NCBI RefSeq assembly: GCF_036588685.1
Contig: NW_026963290.1
Span: forward strand, 62,001 to 126,000
Reading direction: 5' to 3'
Source: Mytilus trossulus
Lineage: Eukaryota
DNA: 64,000 nt
The position numbers and the translations under genes were made by a program. Position 1 is the first letter of the stretch; each line of letters opens with the position of its first letter. Under the pieces are notes generated by a model. It ran no database searches and had not been told where the DNA came from. It saw only the letters and a list, made by a program, of their open reading frames with translations. Shown piece by piece: positions 1 to 13,800 of the stretch.

Positions 1-369
1 GAAGACTTAAAACTTACATATTCCGTTCTTGCCTATGTTAACAGCACGGATACCTATTGAGTTTGGCAACCACCCGTATTTTACTACAAACAAACTTCAC
101 ATTGAACAAATGCAATAACACCAGAATACAAAGTCCATGCATTGAATAAATAAATATAAATAATATAATTAATTAAGATTGTATATTTGATAATATACGT
201 GAATGAAAATATATGTACAATAGTGTTTTTAAATTATAGCACTCTTTTCTTGCGTACTAAGTGTAAAAATATAGTCAAAAAGTCTTTTTGTGTCATTCTT
301 TTCTTTGCATAATTTTAAGCGAAGTCGACAGTATTAGTCTTTCTGACTTGTCACTATAGTGCAGCTTTA

Positions 370-440
370 AAAACTGGCCACCACTCAACAAAAATAGCGC
401 TGAAAGTGGCGCTAAACACCAATGAATGAATCAATCAATC
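370..440 (+). mobile_element. 3' tail remnant of a molluscan SINE-like element
   Basis: gctgaaagtggcgctaaacacc followed by an (aatc)n tail, typical of bivalve SINE 3' ends (recognised by eye). Confidence 0.4.
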
Positions 441-1287
441 AGAACAACTATCCTAAAATATTCTAAAGTTTCTTTTCAAAAGATGAAATTAACTTTGACA
501 AGTTCGGGACAAAGAAACAGATTCAAACAATATTTAAAAAAAAGTTATTTTTAAAAGTGTATACATTGCATGAGAACAAAGAGTTATGAAAGGTGCACTT
601 CACATTTCCTTAATAATTTATTCACATTTATGAATATGTTGAAATTAAGATTTGAAGTGATTGACAGAAGAGCAATAAATTATAACTTAATTACTCAATT
701 AAATTTATAAATCAGTCAAAAGTGATCGTTATACAAATATTGACAGTGCAATTTCAAAAGTACTTGGATAAGATTAAAGTCCAGTGAATTAGTTTTATAG
801 GAATTTTATTTTAATTGTTATATATTTTGTTAAAATGTACATACAGTACTTAAATAATATATGTAAAAGGAAAAAATATCTCAACCATTCTATTTTATCA
901 TTTCTTTTTATTTATAAAAGAAAACTTTGTCTACAATGAAACAAAGTTTAGCGAGTTAAAACTATCTACGATCTGTTTCATACGTAATAGGCGTTATAAA
1001 ATTACATTTTGGCAATGAATGAAAGCGAACTCTGTTGTACTTAAAATTATGTTACAAAAAGGCATTTTGAGGTATTATATATGTATCAAAAAATATAAGT
1101 TGTCCTTACAATTCAAGTTAATTATGTACGACTTTACCGAGCGTTGGTTGTATATAAATTCTGATTATGAAGATATCTTTTCTTACTCATTTAACCGCTT
1201 TTACTATGGTATTCTATTATATACGCTACTGTTTGCTCTGTTAAGTTATGTACGCGTTGAGTTCCTCCTTGCTTTTTTAATAGTTTT

Positions 1288-1947
1288 TCAGGAGTAACTG
1301 AACACTTTCACCATGCCATCATTCTGAACGATGATCATCCTATTGCTACTGCTGACTTCTATGGCAACCGGTTTGTCCAATCCGCTTTCGTGTCCCAAAA
1401 CATTCCTTTGGAAGACCCCATCATTCGTGCAGAGTTGGACCCTATTATTGCCATTGTCCGCAACAAATATGTTGCCAATTTTGTCAACACTAACACCCTG
1501 CGGTTTCTTTAATCCATTTCCACTTTCTGGTCTGTACTGGGAAAGCACACGCCCGTAATTGTCAAATGAAATGACTGTACCCTGCTCTACATCCGACACA
1601 ACAATAGCGCCATCTGGTGACACAGCCACATAACGTGGCTCTCTGAAAAGCGGTGACCCAACAGTATCTGAATGTATGGAACGAATGACTTCCCCACCAA
1701 GTTGGATGAGGTCCACTAAGCAATCCCTGATAGAGCTAACCACCAAAAAGGAATCCTTGAAGGAAAATGCAATGCCATCATATTGTCTTTCTGTTTTCGC
1801 ACGTTTTAGAAGCTGCATTGATTTCCGAGTTGACAAGAAGATAATTAACTTTCCAACCAATGTTATAGCGACGTCATCGTTGCGTCCAATGGTAGTAATA
1901 TCACGTGGTTCATCCTCAAGTTGGACGTAGTCTACTAGATCTCCAAA
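1288..1947 (-). CDS. TRIM-NHL family E3 ligase, coding exon 2 (NHL beta-propeller repeats); spliced product ~631 aa
   Basis: Acceptor TTTCATTTCAG|TTTGGA at 1948/1947 is in frame with ORF 1288..1860. NHL repeats: PRYVAVSPDGAIVVSD, PQGVSVDKIGNIFVADNGNNRVQ, PVAIEV. Stop at 1288. Confidence 0.92.
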   Translation of the reverse strand, partial: FGDLVDYVQLEDEPRDITTIGRNDDVAITLVGKLIIFLSTRKSMQLLKRAKTERQYDGIAFSFKDSFLVVSSIRDCLVDLIQLGGEVIRSIHSDTVGSPLFREPRYVAVSPDGAIVVSDVEQGTVISFDNYGRVLSQYRPESGNGLKKPQGVSVDKIGNIFVADNGNNRVQLCTNDGVFQRNVLGHESGLDKPVAIEVSSSNRMIIVQNDGMVKVFSYS

Positions 1948-2919
1948 CTGAAATGAAAATTACATTACATAAATGAAGGTTAATCCTGGCATTGAAGTCA
2001 TATAACTTTTTTTGCACTCATTCTACAAAATCAACCAATAAAAACGCTGGATTTCATGTTTCGAGCATGACTGTCAGCACTGAGCAAAGTTTTTTAACTT
2101 TCCGCTTGTTATCTATGAGTTATTTAGTCAAAGTCAAATATGAATCATATTGGTAAAGTAGGTAACATATATATAAGAAAATTTGGTATTAGTGCCGATG
2201 AGACAACTCTCCATATAAATCACAATTTATAGCTAAACCATTATAGATCAAAGTATGGTCTTCGACACGGAGCATTGGCTCACACCAAACAGATAGCTAT
2301 CAAGGGTAAAACCAACAGTCTAATCTATATAAAAAAAACGAGTAATGAGGAACACTTATGCGTACTTATGAGCCACATCAACAAACCGGACTACTACTAA
2401 ACATCAGATAAGTATGCTTTATCTGGGTAACCATTAAAAGCTTATAGCCCCATTTTTGCAGATTGAGAAGCATCAAAGAACTTAATGCCTTAACAAACAA
2501 ATTCAATTTTGATATCAATTTCACATTCAGCATTGAGGATGCCATAATTCAAACAAACAAAAAAATGAATAGCAATCAAGAATTAAGCTGGAGTGAAAAT
2601 GTAATTTTTTTATTGAAGGACTTATTTACTAGGGGTCAATACAAATCAGGTTCAACAAAAGTTTACTTGATTGACACTTGTCTGTGGTCCATTGGTTAAT
2701 CTATCCAGCATCTGATCTAATGAAATATTTCGAGGGATCACTATTGGAGTAGTTTTTTTTTTTAATTTTTCAGCAAGATTCTAAGGTTAGTGTATATACG
2801 GTTATTGAAACGTTTACTGTTACGTTATCTCTAAAGCTTCAGGAGTTGTTTAGGAACAAACAAAACACGAACACTCGGGATACCTATGAATACGTCAATT
2901 ACTCCAGTTGTTTCTCCTA

Positions 2920-3010
2920 TAAAAGAGGGGCGAAAGATACCAGAGGGACACTCAAACTTATAGATCGAAAGTAAACTGACAACACAAGACACAACATAGA
3001 AAACTATAAA
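2920..3010 (+). repeat. Abundant interspersed repeat family (gaaagataccagagggacagtcaaactc…); other copies at ~3830-4110 (-), 18510-18745 (+), 57650-57770 (+)
   Basis: The same sequence recurs at several positions within the window. Confidence 0.7.
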
Positions 3011-3172
3011 ATTCAAGAACTACGCCTCTGATTTTCGACAGAGGACACTTGAGAGCCATCAAATGTCCTCTGTCGAAAACGAGAAATCTGATACTAGTAT
3101 GTATACGAGTCTCAATGAAATAACTAAAGGAAACTATATAATTGCTACTTCTTGTAGATTTATAAGTCCAAC

Positions 3173-3337
3173 GCTAATATTTACACATGGGTAGACAAAC
3201 TATAACATTCATCATGAACTTAACAATTATAACGATTACACTGTAATAAAGATAGCTAATATTTACACATGGGTAGGCAAACTATAACAATCATCATGAA
3301 CTTAACAATTATAACGATTACACTGTAATAAAGATAG
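3173..3337. repeat. 82-bp tandem duplication (2 copies) in the TRIM intron
   Basis: gctaatatttacacatgggtag…gtaataaagatag starts at 3173 and 3255, near identical. Confidence 0.9.
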
Positions 3338-4569
3338 TTTAACTACTGCTCTGACATGTCAGCTTAACGGTCGAGACGTTGTTACTAGGTTTCAACTGGG
3401 TGTGAAACAACATGGTTTAGAGATATAAATCATTTATTTGTTAATAGGTTTGATTGTAAGTGTTTTTAAACATCCTTCTTTGCTACTCCTTTTAAATAAA
3501 AATCCTTAATGTTATAAACCATGACACTTGAACACTGGGGTTGGGCTGTTCTTTTTCGATCACTTTAAATACTTTACTATACATTTTTCATTTGACAATC
3601 CTTGCGCAGGTCTGAGACTACTGTGTTATAGTAGTCTCAGCGCAGGTTAAACAAAATAAGTGCTTCAAACTAAGAAAATCAATTATGTTGTATATTACAC
3701 TTCGAATTGATTTACGTATAATGTATATATTGTATTTTACATTTCAATTTATGCATGCACATGCACTTCTACTCTCCTGTTCCTGATAATTACAACATGC
3801 TCATCTCCAAAATAAGGTCAGAAATATGTGTACTATAGTCTATTGAGACTGGTGCAACACGTGGAGCAGTTCCTGAAATTACCTCCAGTTTTAAGTGTGG
3901 TTCGCACAGGCACTTGTTTCTATCCATACGAAGGTACTTTCGTATGGATTGAAACAAGTGCCTGTGGTGGTTCGTGTTGCTTAGTCTTTAGTTTTCTATG
4001 TTATGTCTTGTGTACTATTGTTTGCCTGTTTGTCTTTTTTTCTATTTTTAGCCATGGCACTGTCAGTTTATTTTCGATTTATGAGTTTGACTGTCCCTCT
4101 GGCATCTCTTATTGACAGTAGGTCTGTCCACTAATACTGTATATGGAGAATTGCATATCTATTGTGCATATAATAATAGTTTAAGACCGTGTATGCACAA
4201 TTATTTGTAGTTCCCATTTTATTTGTGATTTAAAAAAAAACTTTAAATGAGAATCTGTTTTAAAAAGTTTGTCGCCACCTAGACAGTTGCATGAACACTA
4301 GCGTGTTCTTTGATACTTCTATCCTATCTATGTGCACATAATTCTGTCTTACTTTTGTGTACATGTTTTTGTGAGTGCATGCTTTTCTTAACACATTTAT
4401 ATTATCGACTTCAAATCCCCACAAATTGAATTGCTTTACAATACCTTTAAAACGAAATCTAAGATATATACATCTGATAACACATTTGCAAGTCTTGAAT
4501 ACTTTTATTGTGTTTAGGGTTGGCATTGTCGCTATCTCTACAACTCTTTCGATTCATTTGAACCCTTAC

Positions 4570-5805
4570 CTTGCTAAACTTCTGAATCCGTCGGTTTTTA
4601 CAATCTGTGACAATGATGTCATCCGTATGGGTACACGTTACACCCCAGGAATTTAGACCAATTACATCGCTACTGTCATCTATACTCAAATTTCCTACTG
4701 CTTTAAACTCCGCCATGAAACTGTCAACATTCTCGGCAAGGTCAAAGTTCACTTTCACAACCATACTTTTAGGGTCAAGTTCGGCAACGGATCCCTGGCA
4801 AGAATCTAGCTGCTTCTTTACTTGGTTGTATGCCAACAGAATATCTACATCACTACCATATTTCATTAATATCTTCATTCTCTCGTGCGCAGCTTGAATT
4901 GTTTTTGTCCCACTTTTCCTAGGTTCTATCCTTCCTTTTAGAATTTTGCGTGCTTTGTATGCAGTGTCTTCTAGCTGTCTTAATAACTTGTCTTGTTCTT
5001 CTCGGACTTTTTCGACGAGGGAATTACACACTGAAATGATTTTGATTCGAGCACTGTCAATACTAGATTCTAATATTTTATCATTTTCTCCCAACCCGTT
5101 TGTGCCATGGACTGAATCCTTCAGTGAGTCTAGCCTATCCATAATATCTTTAACATCCGTCCGTGACGTCATTGCGTCTGCAACTGTTATTACATTTTCA
5201 CATCTTCTGTGTGAAACAGCCATGCATTGAACGCACAATGGCTCCCTGCAATCTACACAGAATAATGTAATCGTTTCGTTATGTTTACCACACGGAACTT
5301 TGTTTTTCTTTTTCATTAAATTTTCTAGAGGAATCTGTCTCAATTCGTCTGAGCGGAAAACAACATGGTTTGATGTCGTTTTGCCATGAACATGAACTTT
5401 AAAACAAGAATCACAAAGCGCATCAAAACAGTCCATGCACCAATTTTGAGCTGCAACCTTTTCCTCTCTACGAACACAAATATCACACATTTTGTCTAAA
5501 CTCGTGGCAGCTACTAATTCTACTAATTTTTCCATAAAACTATCCATTGGAAAAGAGGCAGCATATTGCCCTGGTAACGCGTCGTTTGGAATATCAATTT
5601 CCATATCACATGTAGGACAATGGAAAAATCTCTGACCATTGCTTCCTATTGCCTTTTTAATGTAAGCTTCCAAGCATGCGCTGCAAAATGTATGTAAACA
5701 TGGTAGAGAACGAGGTGTTACGAACGTTTTCTTGCATTCTCCACACAAACTGATGTCATCTGAGAATCCATGGCCATTTTCTAAAGGTTTCCCGTTCGTA
5801 GCCAT
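4570..5805 (-). CDS. TRIM-NHL family E3 ubiquitin ligase, coding exon 1 (RING, B-box1, B-box2, coiled coil, start of NHL repeats)
   Basis: ORF 4459..5805 has a RING (CGEC..LPCLHTFCSAC..CPTC), B-box1 (CDIC..WCMDCFDALCDSC..H..H), B-box2 (CGKH..FCVDCREPLCVQC..H) and a helical coiled coil, then NHL-like WGVTC..DIIVTDCKNRRIQKF. An acceptor (TTTTTTCCAG) lies just upstream of the ATG. Phase-0 donor AAG|GTAAGG at 4570/4569. Confidence 0.92.
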
Positions 5806-6884
5806 GTCTGGAAAAAATAAAGATAGACTATTAGTTAATGTGCATTTTGTCCTTTAAATCAAAAACTGTATTATTAGTAATATTAACAGATTTCAGAATC
5901 CATGGTTGTTTTCCAAAGGTTTCCCATTCTTATTCGTCTGATAGAATATTAGTGAATGTGCATCCGCTCCTTTTAATATATAAAGACCTCAATAGAATGC
6001 ATGTTATACTTAAACAAACATTAGTATCTATCTCTGTGTAAAGCTATGTTTGTGTTTTCTGTTTGAACATGCAGATTGTAAATAAACCGTATGCACACCT
6101 TTGTTAGTACTTCATAAACACTTTCAATTTATCAGTTTTGGTATATTTTATGTATATATTAACCATCGTACTTTTTTGTTGTCCAGTACCTTTACACCAT
6201 CAATCTCGATATAATCTTAAACAACTGTTTTCATGTATAAAATCGTTAATATATTCTAATAAATTTTAAATGGCGATATTAAATTAAAGTTAATGGAAAG
6301 TTGACGCTCCATTTATTAAGGATGTAATTTACATCAGAACAAGTAAGAACTTGAAGGTTAAAATAATTTATTTTACGATCTTTTCTTTCTGTATTTTTCA
6401 CTTGACATTTGGTATGTTTAAGGTAAAATAAAAGAGAAAAATATAAACATGGACACTGAGTATATTCATGTTATTGTTAAAACTTGGTTTGGTGGAGAAG
6501 AGTCATAAATATATACACACAAAAAGGGGGGGGGGGATAATAAGAGATGTCTGGTAAAGATCAGTATGGCAGCAAACCTTCAAAGCAATAAAACCAGAAA
6601 AGACACTAAGGTGGTTATATAGTCTACAAATACAGAAAACAAGCGTGTATACGTATGTAAAGTACATTATAAAACTCTCCAACTCTTAATAAATAAATTA
6701 AACAAGAGTAGGGAAAACCTGCCATCAAAGTACAAAAACCTGAAACGTAGATGTATCGAAATAAACTAAGTTTGCACTATATTCTAAACAATAAACAACC
6801 TCTTATGAGGTACCTAATTTAGGAACACCCAAAAATGAGACGAGGTTAAAGTTTTGTGGTTCTATTCTCTTCTTTAGTATTTCT

Positions 6885-6990
6885 ATCGACAGACTATAAC
6901 AATAGATCGACAGACTATAACAATAGATCGACACACTATAACAATAGATCGACAGACTATAACAATAGATCGACAGACTATATAACAATA
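6885..6990. repeat. 21-bp minisatellite (atcgacagactataacaatag), ~4.5 copies
   Basis: Direct inspection; it explains ORFs 6803..6988 and 6856..7116. Confidence 0.9.
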
Positions 6991-7707
6991 GATGTGAATT
7001 TCGGGTTTAAAATTACTTTTGCATTAAATCTAATACTCAATATATGTGGACATATAGCATTGATAAGAAAATATGAACATCCAGCAAATAGCAATAAGTA
7101 TGAGACCTCTCTTTGAAGACAGCATTCTTTTTCTTACTTGATCTACTTGATTGTATTGTTATACGTGGGAGAAGGAGTTACTCTATTTTAATACCAGAAC
7201 TTCAAAATCTAGATTCAATCGTGTAAAATAAACAAAAATACAATGCAGCCTTCAACTGAACAATTGATAATAGTAGTGCACCTTGTAACAGAAAATTACC
7301 ATTCAAACTTTATATTAATGGATATATGCTTGATAGAACAATATCGATAAGAGGCGTATTTGTTATATGATTCTTGGCCACTGTACAACTGCCATGACAA
7401 AGGGTTGTATATTAAATTGTGTCAATTTTGATCGAGTACCATGATAGATTTTGGATATTTTCGTCCATAAAAAAGCACCTGTGTGGCAAAAAGATCAATT
7501 AATCTTGAAATCTAAAAACCACTGTCAAACGAGATCATCAAAATATATAGTAAAATATTAATGAATGATTTATTTATAATTTGTATTCTGGACTGATCCT
7601 ATTGAATTTACTCCAATATATCAAAATTAAATAGAATGATTAAACCGCAGACTATTTATTCATTGATTGCTATTATTTTACATCCCAGCAGCACACACAT
7701 CAGCGCG

Positions 7708-7870
7708 CAATAAAATTGTGAATGAAAATGGGGAATGTGTCAAAGAGACAACAACTCGACCTAACAGCAGAAAACAGGCGAAGCCAACAATGGGTCTTCA
7801 ACACAGCGTGAAAATCCAGTATCCGTAGGCGTGCTTCAGCTGGCCCTCAAACCAAAAGGTGTGCTAGTTT
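7708..7870 (+). repeat. Abundant interspersed repeat (aataaaattgagaatggaaatggggaatgtgtcaaagagacaac…), truncated copy
   Basis: Homologous to 28770-29480 and 50780-51110; reverse fragments at ~36600-36645 and ~51200-51250. Confidence 0.75.
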
Positions 7871-10800
7871 TAATACACTAGTAAGTACACTTTTAATTAT
7901 TAGTCGTATAATATCTAAACGGTAGACATTTCACGCAAATACTATAATCAAGGGCAAAGTAGAAAGAAATTGGTCACTGAATTTAGTCTGTGTGCTGCGA
8001 GAAGTTATTTGATTAAAAACATTGGTGTATTGGGTATGTATAGAAAAAAAGGTACATCACATGCTTAACCCTAGGAGGAATGACATTTTAGTCAAATAAG
8101 ACTAGACGTTACTACATTGTAAGCCTTGGTTTATCGTCAGACGAAGTGAGTCTAACAACTTGAACGTGTCAATTATTGTGTAGACTACAGCACTGTTTTC
8201 CATCTGACAAGACAAGATTACAAAACATTGTAAATGTATAGGTCATTACTGCAGATCACTGCGAGGAAACCTGTGTGTCTTTCAAAATAGACCTTTTGCG
8301 AGGTATTGCCTTGTGGAAGTCCAACTACTAGTATCTTGTCTTTCAGCGCAGTCAGTAACTTTTAATCGTCTGGTATAGTAACTGCACACATTTAGTTTTC
8401 CTAAATCATGAATTCTGCCAATACTTAAGAATTTTGTGAATCGATGATCAGGACCCAAATGTCAATTATTACGTCGATAAATATAACTAAATTCTAAAAC
8501 AATTATCTATTACAATCTTCTTTGATTTAAATGAGGTAAGTTATAAAATTCTTTACCTTGTAAATGGTCAAATTAGGCAATTATAGAAATCGTCCTTTTT
8601 TATCTTTAAAAAGTTTAAAATGACAAAATATTTAAACGCAAAAATGTATTTAGGGTATATTTCTTTTATCTCTAAAAGGTTATAATTAAATGGAGCCCAA
8701 ATACTTACTCGTACACAATTGAAACTGTTGTATTATAGATAATTTTAACATATTAAATACAGAATTAGTAATCTGATTATTCTTTAAAATTTAAATGATA
8801 AAATCTGATAATGAGGGTGGTCACGCAATTAGGAGGCACTTAAAATACCAGTATAAAGTTTATAACAAAGATAGCTAGCCTTAAACATCGTTTTAACAAT
8901 AAATCTTCCATTTATCATTATTGGGGTTATTACATATTCTGTCAATATAAAAAGAAAAAAATAAATCCAAGTATATATAAAACATATATTGACGAAATTG
9001 CACATGGCTTTTTGATAAAAAAAATTGTTTGATCAAACTGACAACTGATATGATAAGAAAAACATATGAAAGAAACTTTATGTTTGTATAAATGGGTGTG
9101 ATTATATGGGATTTCGATTGTTTGTAAAAGGTATATGTTTTAAAACTTTCCTTCAATTTTATGGAACACAAGACAGGTACGTGTCTGTAGAGATCTATAA
9201 AACGATTGTCCTGTATATGTGTCAGCGGAAACTATTTATTATGCATGTCTGGACAAAATTTTATAAGAAATGGAGATGTCACCTGAATTCATTTCAGAAG
9301 CAAAATCTGAAATAACAATCGCCATGTCAGTAACTCTGAGTACTCTCAGATCTGTACTTAGTGTCGTTTTGTTGGTGGGATATACAAGAATACTGTTACA
9401 TGTATAACTATGTCATATTTTTCAAACCAAGAAACTCACGCATTATACGGCTTAAGTCTACCTGACAAAGTCTTAAACCGTTCTTTTGAACTGTAAGAAC
9501 GAAGAAAACCAATGATGAACACTTTCAGTGAAATGTCATAAGGCAGACAATAAAGGAAAACTATGGTGAACTGCTAGAACGAAGAATATCACAGTTTTGA
9601 AATGTCAGAAGGAAGAACTTCGATGTGACAAACTTTTAGTGAACTGACAGAACGAACAATTTCACTGTTGAAAACATTATATGAAATAGCTGTACGAAGA
9701 ACGTCATTTGTCCCTTTTTCGGGAGATTTTTTGTGTTAATTCACTCTTATCATTTTTACCAACTCAAGACGAAACACACAAACGAATAGTATACTATTCA
9801 ACTCAATATTGTTGAAATAGTTAATTTGTAGGTTCTCTAGCCTTTTCGAGGTCATGTTAGTGAAAGAATGTATCAAACTTAAAGAGGAGTAATACATAAT
9901 TACTAAATATCATTGTCTCCCAGTATTAAAATATCTTATATTTTAAACAAAGATCTACAAGATGTAGTAGCACTCACCGGAAGGGTTTTGATATTAACAA
10001 AAGAAATTATAATTGTTTTAATGCATCACAACTAACCTTTTGTCAATGTTTGCTTCAAGGAAAATCCTACATAATTGAACCATGCCATTCCATTTTTCAA
10101 TGCCAACAAATATGCAGATTTTGTTGATTATTGCGATGTTATATACCAATTTTTAAATTTTATAATAAGAATTTTAAGTAAAAGAATGCATGTGAATCAC
10201 ACAACACAATCGATAAGCTACCCCCGCATGACCATTTCTATTTGTACAAAAGATAAGTTAATTTCATTTGAAAATATGTTGTTTCAAACTTGCCAGACCT
10301 AGCTCATATAAAGTTTAAACAAACAAATTCTCTATTATTTTATTATGTCAAATGTGAAAAGTAATTCGCACAATCCTTCAATTTCACAGTATTGTCATAT
10401 TTAATAGATTTAATTAAAATATATGAAATATTTACTTATTGTATTTGTAGAAGTGATTCGACAGGGGTGTGCTGTAGACAATTAAAGGTCTGTGACTTAT
10501 ACAAGGTACTTCTTGTTGACGTTTTAATCGTGTTAATTGAATGAATTAGGTCTCGACTTAGTATAAACTAATGTTCAGATCAAATTTCAAAATCAATGGT
10601 ATTCTTCCATTACATTTTTGGTTGAAAAGCCATTTAAAAATCCCGACTCTATTTTTTTCTTGTGGTTTAAGATTGCATTTTTTTTTCATTCACCTATTTT
10701 TGACAAAGAGTAGATGTATATAGATTTGAAATTGTATGGATATTGACATCGATAGGATTAGTCTTATGTTGAAAAAAGCGTAATATTTTGGTGATAGAAA

Positions 10801-13800
10801 ATGCTTTCAACGAAAACCTTCGTTATATAAATTTCTTGCATATGGAGCTTTAATATTGCCAATGACATAAAATTGTATTTAAGAATTGAATACATTCGGT
10901 TTATTCAGCATCAATTGGCGATCAGGCCAAAGTACCATCAATAGTTTATCGGAGATCCCTTATATTTCTAAAAAAGGGTTGTAATAAATAGTAACCATTT
11001 TGCTTTACCTACAATTCCAACAATCAGAATATGTTATATATATACATGTATACGTATCTTTGCTACAATGTTTACAAGAAAACTTACCACAGATATTATG
11101 AAGTCTTGATTATTACAATCTCATGCTATTCAAAATGACAAAACTGTAATGCTCAAATGTTATTGTCATAGTAACTGATATCGTAGAACTCTTTATAAAT
11201 GAACACTATTGAATCATCTCTCTTGCATTTCCATCCTTTATTTTCTATGGTACTTTTTTTTTTGTTTAATCACCAAGACCTACTTAAAATTGTGTATGTA
11301 ATGAATGTTTTGTATTAAATTATTTTTCACCTTTTTAGGTGTAATAGATATGCATGTACTTGTTTAAGATAGTTTCAATTTACAATAAATATAAAGCTCT
11401 ATGTATCACATGTGAACACTGAAGTTTTGTTTTTCACACAATTAAATTGTTCAATAATATGGAAATGTTTATTAAATTGGCAAGCATGTATGGAACTGTG
11501 ACTCTACATGGCAGAAAGCACAATGATATATATTTCGTACTTTTCTATGGACTCCATGTGCAAGGATTAATGCAGATGAACTTGACTGATGGTATCTGGT
11601 AAATGGATAGCAGATAGACCCTTATAGGATGATGGATACTCGTTCATTATTAATCATATAACATCTCTTTATTTGTATATTGTACCGTATTAAACAATTA
11701 CTTAAATTAAAAATCGGCTACTAAGAAAAAGAAAAAAAAACACTTTATTAATCATATCTAATAGAAGCACATTTTTTATTGACTTGCAACTTAATTTTAA
11801 TTTTCTCGCGTAACCCAAAATTTCCAGAGTGTGTGCCACGTATATCTGTGCTTCTGTCTATCTTTATAAAGCGTGTGTTCAGAATAGTTTATTCTGCTGA
11901 AGTCTTTCAATCTATGACACAATTTGCTAGCTTACAGTCTACAGGAGCGCATGTTTTAACCCATGTGCTCAAATGACTACTTACTCCAAGTCTTTGCAAT
12001 TAGTTCTCAACGTTGCTTACTTATTAGTAAAGCAGTAAAGACCAATTTCTAGTCTTTTGTTTGACCGGATATCAAACATACACAACATACTCATTTCAAG
12101 CAAGTTCTTTGCCACGAAAGACAATAAGGCGATTAAGTATGACAAATTTCCTTTCTCAAAGCTATACAAATATCCAGAACATTGAAATCACATGTTAAAT
12201 ACACTAGGATAATACCATGACATATAAGAATCTACCGTAAAAGGCCATATCATAGACACATGTGTATACATTTCACTTATTAACAAACATTGTATTAATA
12301 CAAATGTTTTTGCATTGTACTGTTTTATAAGTAATTACTGTTTAAATGTTTAAACGATATGCAGATATGCCTTCTCAGTGAAAAAGCAGGATTTGACATG
12401 AGCGAAAAGACATGAAAATTCTTAAACATTTTGTTATAAATTAGTCTTGTATTGGTGTTACTTGGACAATCAAAAGTAGCAATGATTACTGTTATAAGAA
12501 TTGGAACAAAGCAAGGAGTGAGGTAAATGCACTAAAACTATAATTCAATAACCAAATGTCCATATAATAAGATCAATGTGTTAATTCTTCGAAGTCAATT
12601 TAATGAACTTTAAATAAATCCTTTGCCAAAACCAAATTCCACATCACTGACGAGCTCGTAGTTCCCGTAGTTTCTAGACAGTCATATTAACATGAAAGAG
12701 GGCGAGTAGCCTGTTTTACGGTAATTTTGCATGACACAGGGATAAGACTAGATGTTTGTGTACCAAAATTGTCCTCTGTGTAATTTCTGACTTAGATTAA
12801 ATCTTCTTTGAAAATATAAATTAGCGTTAAAACTATGGTCTTTTGAATAACTTCAGATTTAACATGTAGTAATTTTAGGTGGAGGACCTTGTTTATGTAA
12901 TCATATTTCTAAAAGTTTAATTCATATGAAAATGTTTCCACGTAGAAATGATTCATACCATGTAAAAACATCCTGTACGTGTCACTATTTTGAGCAGCCA
13001 ACAGATGCTTAGTGCTTAGAACATACAGTACTTGTCTGCATCACTTCTGGTGACTAAATGAAGCTGATTATGTAGTTAGCACATAACGACGTCAATGAAG
13101 ATCAATACATGTATTAACAAGCACCTGTCTCCAGGTAGATATCAATCAATGAATAACTAATCATCACTCGATAGTCAGAACAACCAAAGTGTCACAATAC
13201 AGACTTCCGTATGTAATTTAGTAAATTAGATTAATTGACAAATGTCTCGTATCAAATAATAAATGAAAACGAAAACACGACCAGACATTTTAACGAATTT
13301 AGCCTTATACTGACAAGGCTTGTAATTATTTATTAGAAGTAATGAGAAAAAACATTTTAAAGCATAGAACGGCTTTTGTTGGGCTACAGTTCAGAACAGA
13401 TTAGTCGTTAATGGTCATAGAAAATAACCATAGGTTCTCGAATTAAGCCAGTGCATGGTGAGTTAAGTACAGTCTGATCATATGCAAAAATATCCGATGA
13501 AAATATCTAAAGGAAATTTCTAAAAACCAGTGATGTAGCAACTGGCTTAAGGCTTAAGCTAACATGGAAGCAATGATCATGGTGCTTTCTCACAAGAATA
13601 TACAGACAAAAATGACTAGAGTATGATTCAAGACTGATAAAAGACTGGATACATGATATTTTTAAGCAAGAAAAAAAATATTTTACTTCTGAATATAACC
13701 GATTTTTTAGAAAACCTTATCAAAATGACATTAAAGCCTTCCGCGTTTATTCTATGTCAACCTATTTCTTCTAAACAAACATTCCAATTTTTCAAGGAAG

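Noticed and set aside
4459-4569. ORF extension VRVQMNRKS… as the TRIM C-terminus
   Set aside because: It is intron read-through; the GT donor at 4569 and the in-frame NHL exon at 1947 explain the gene better.
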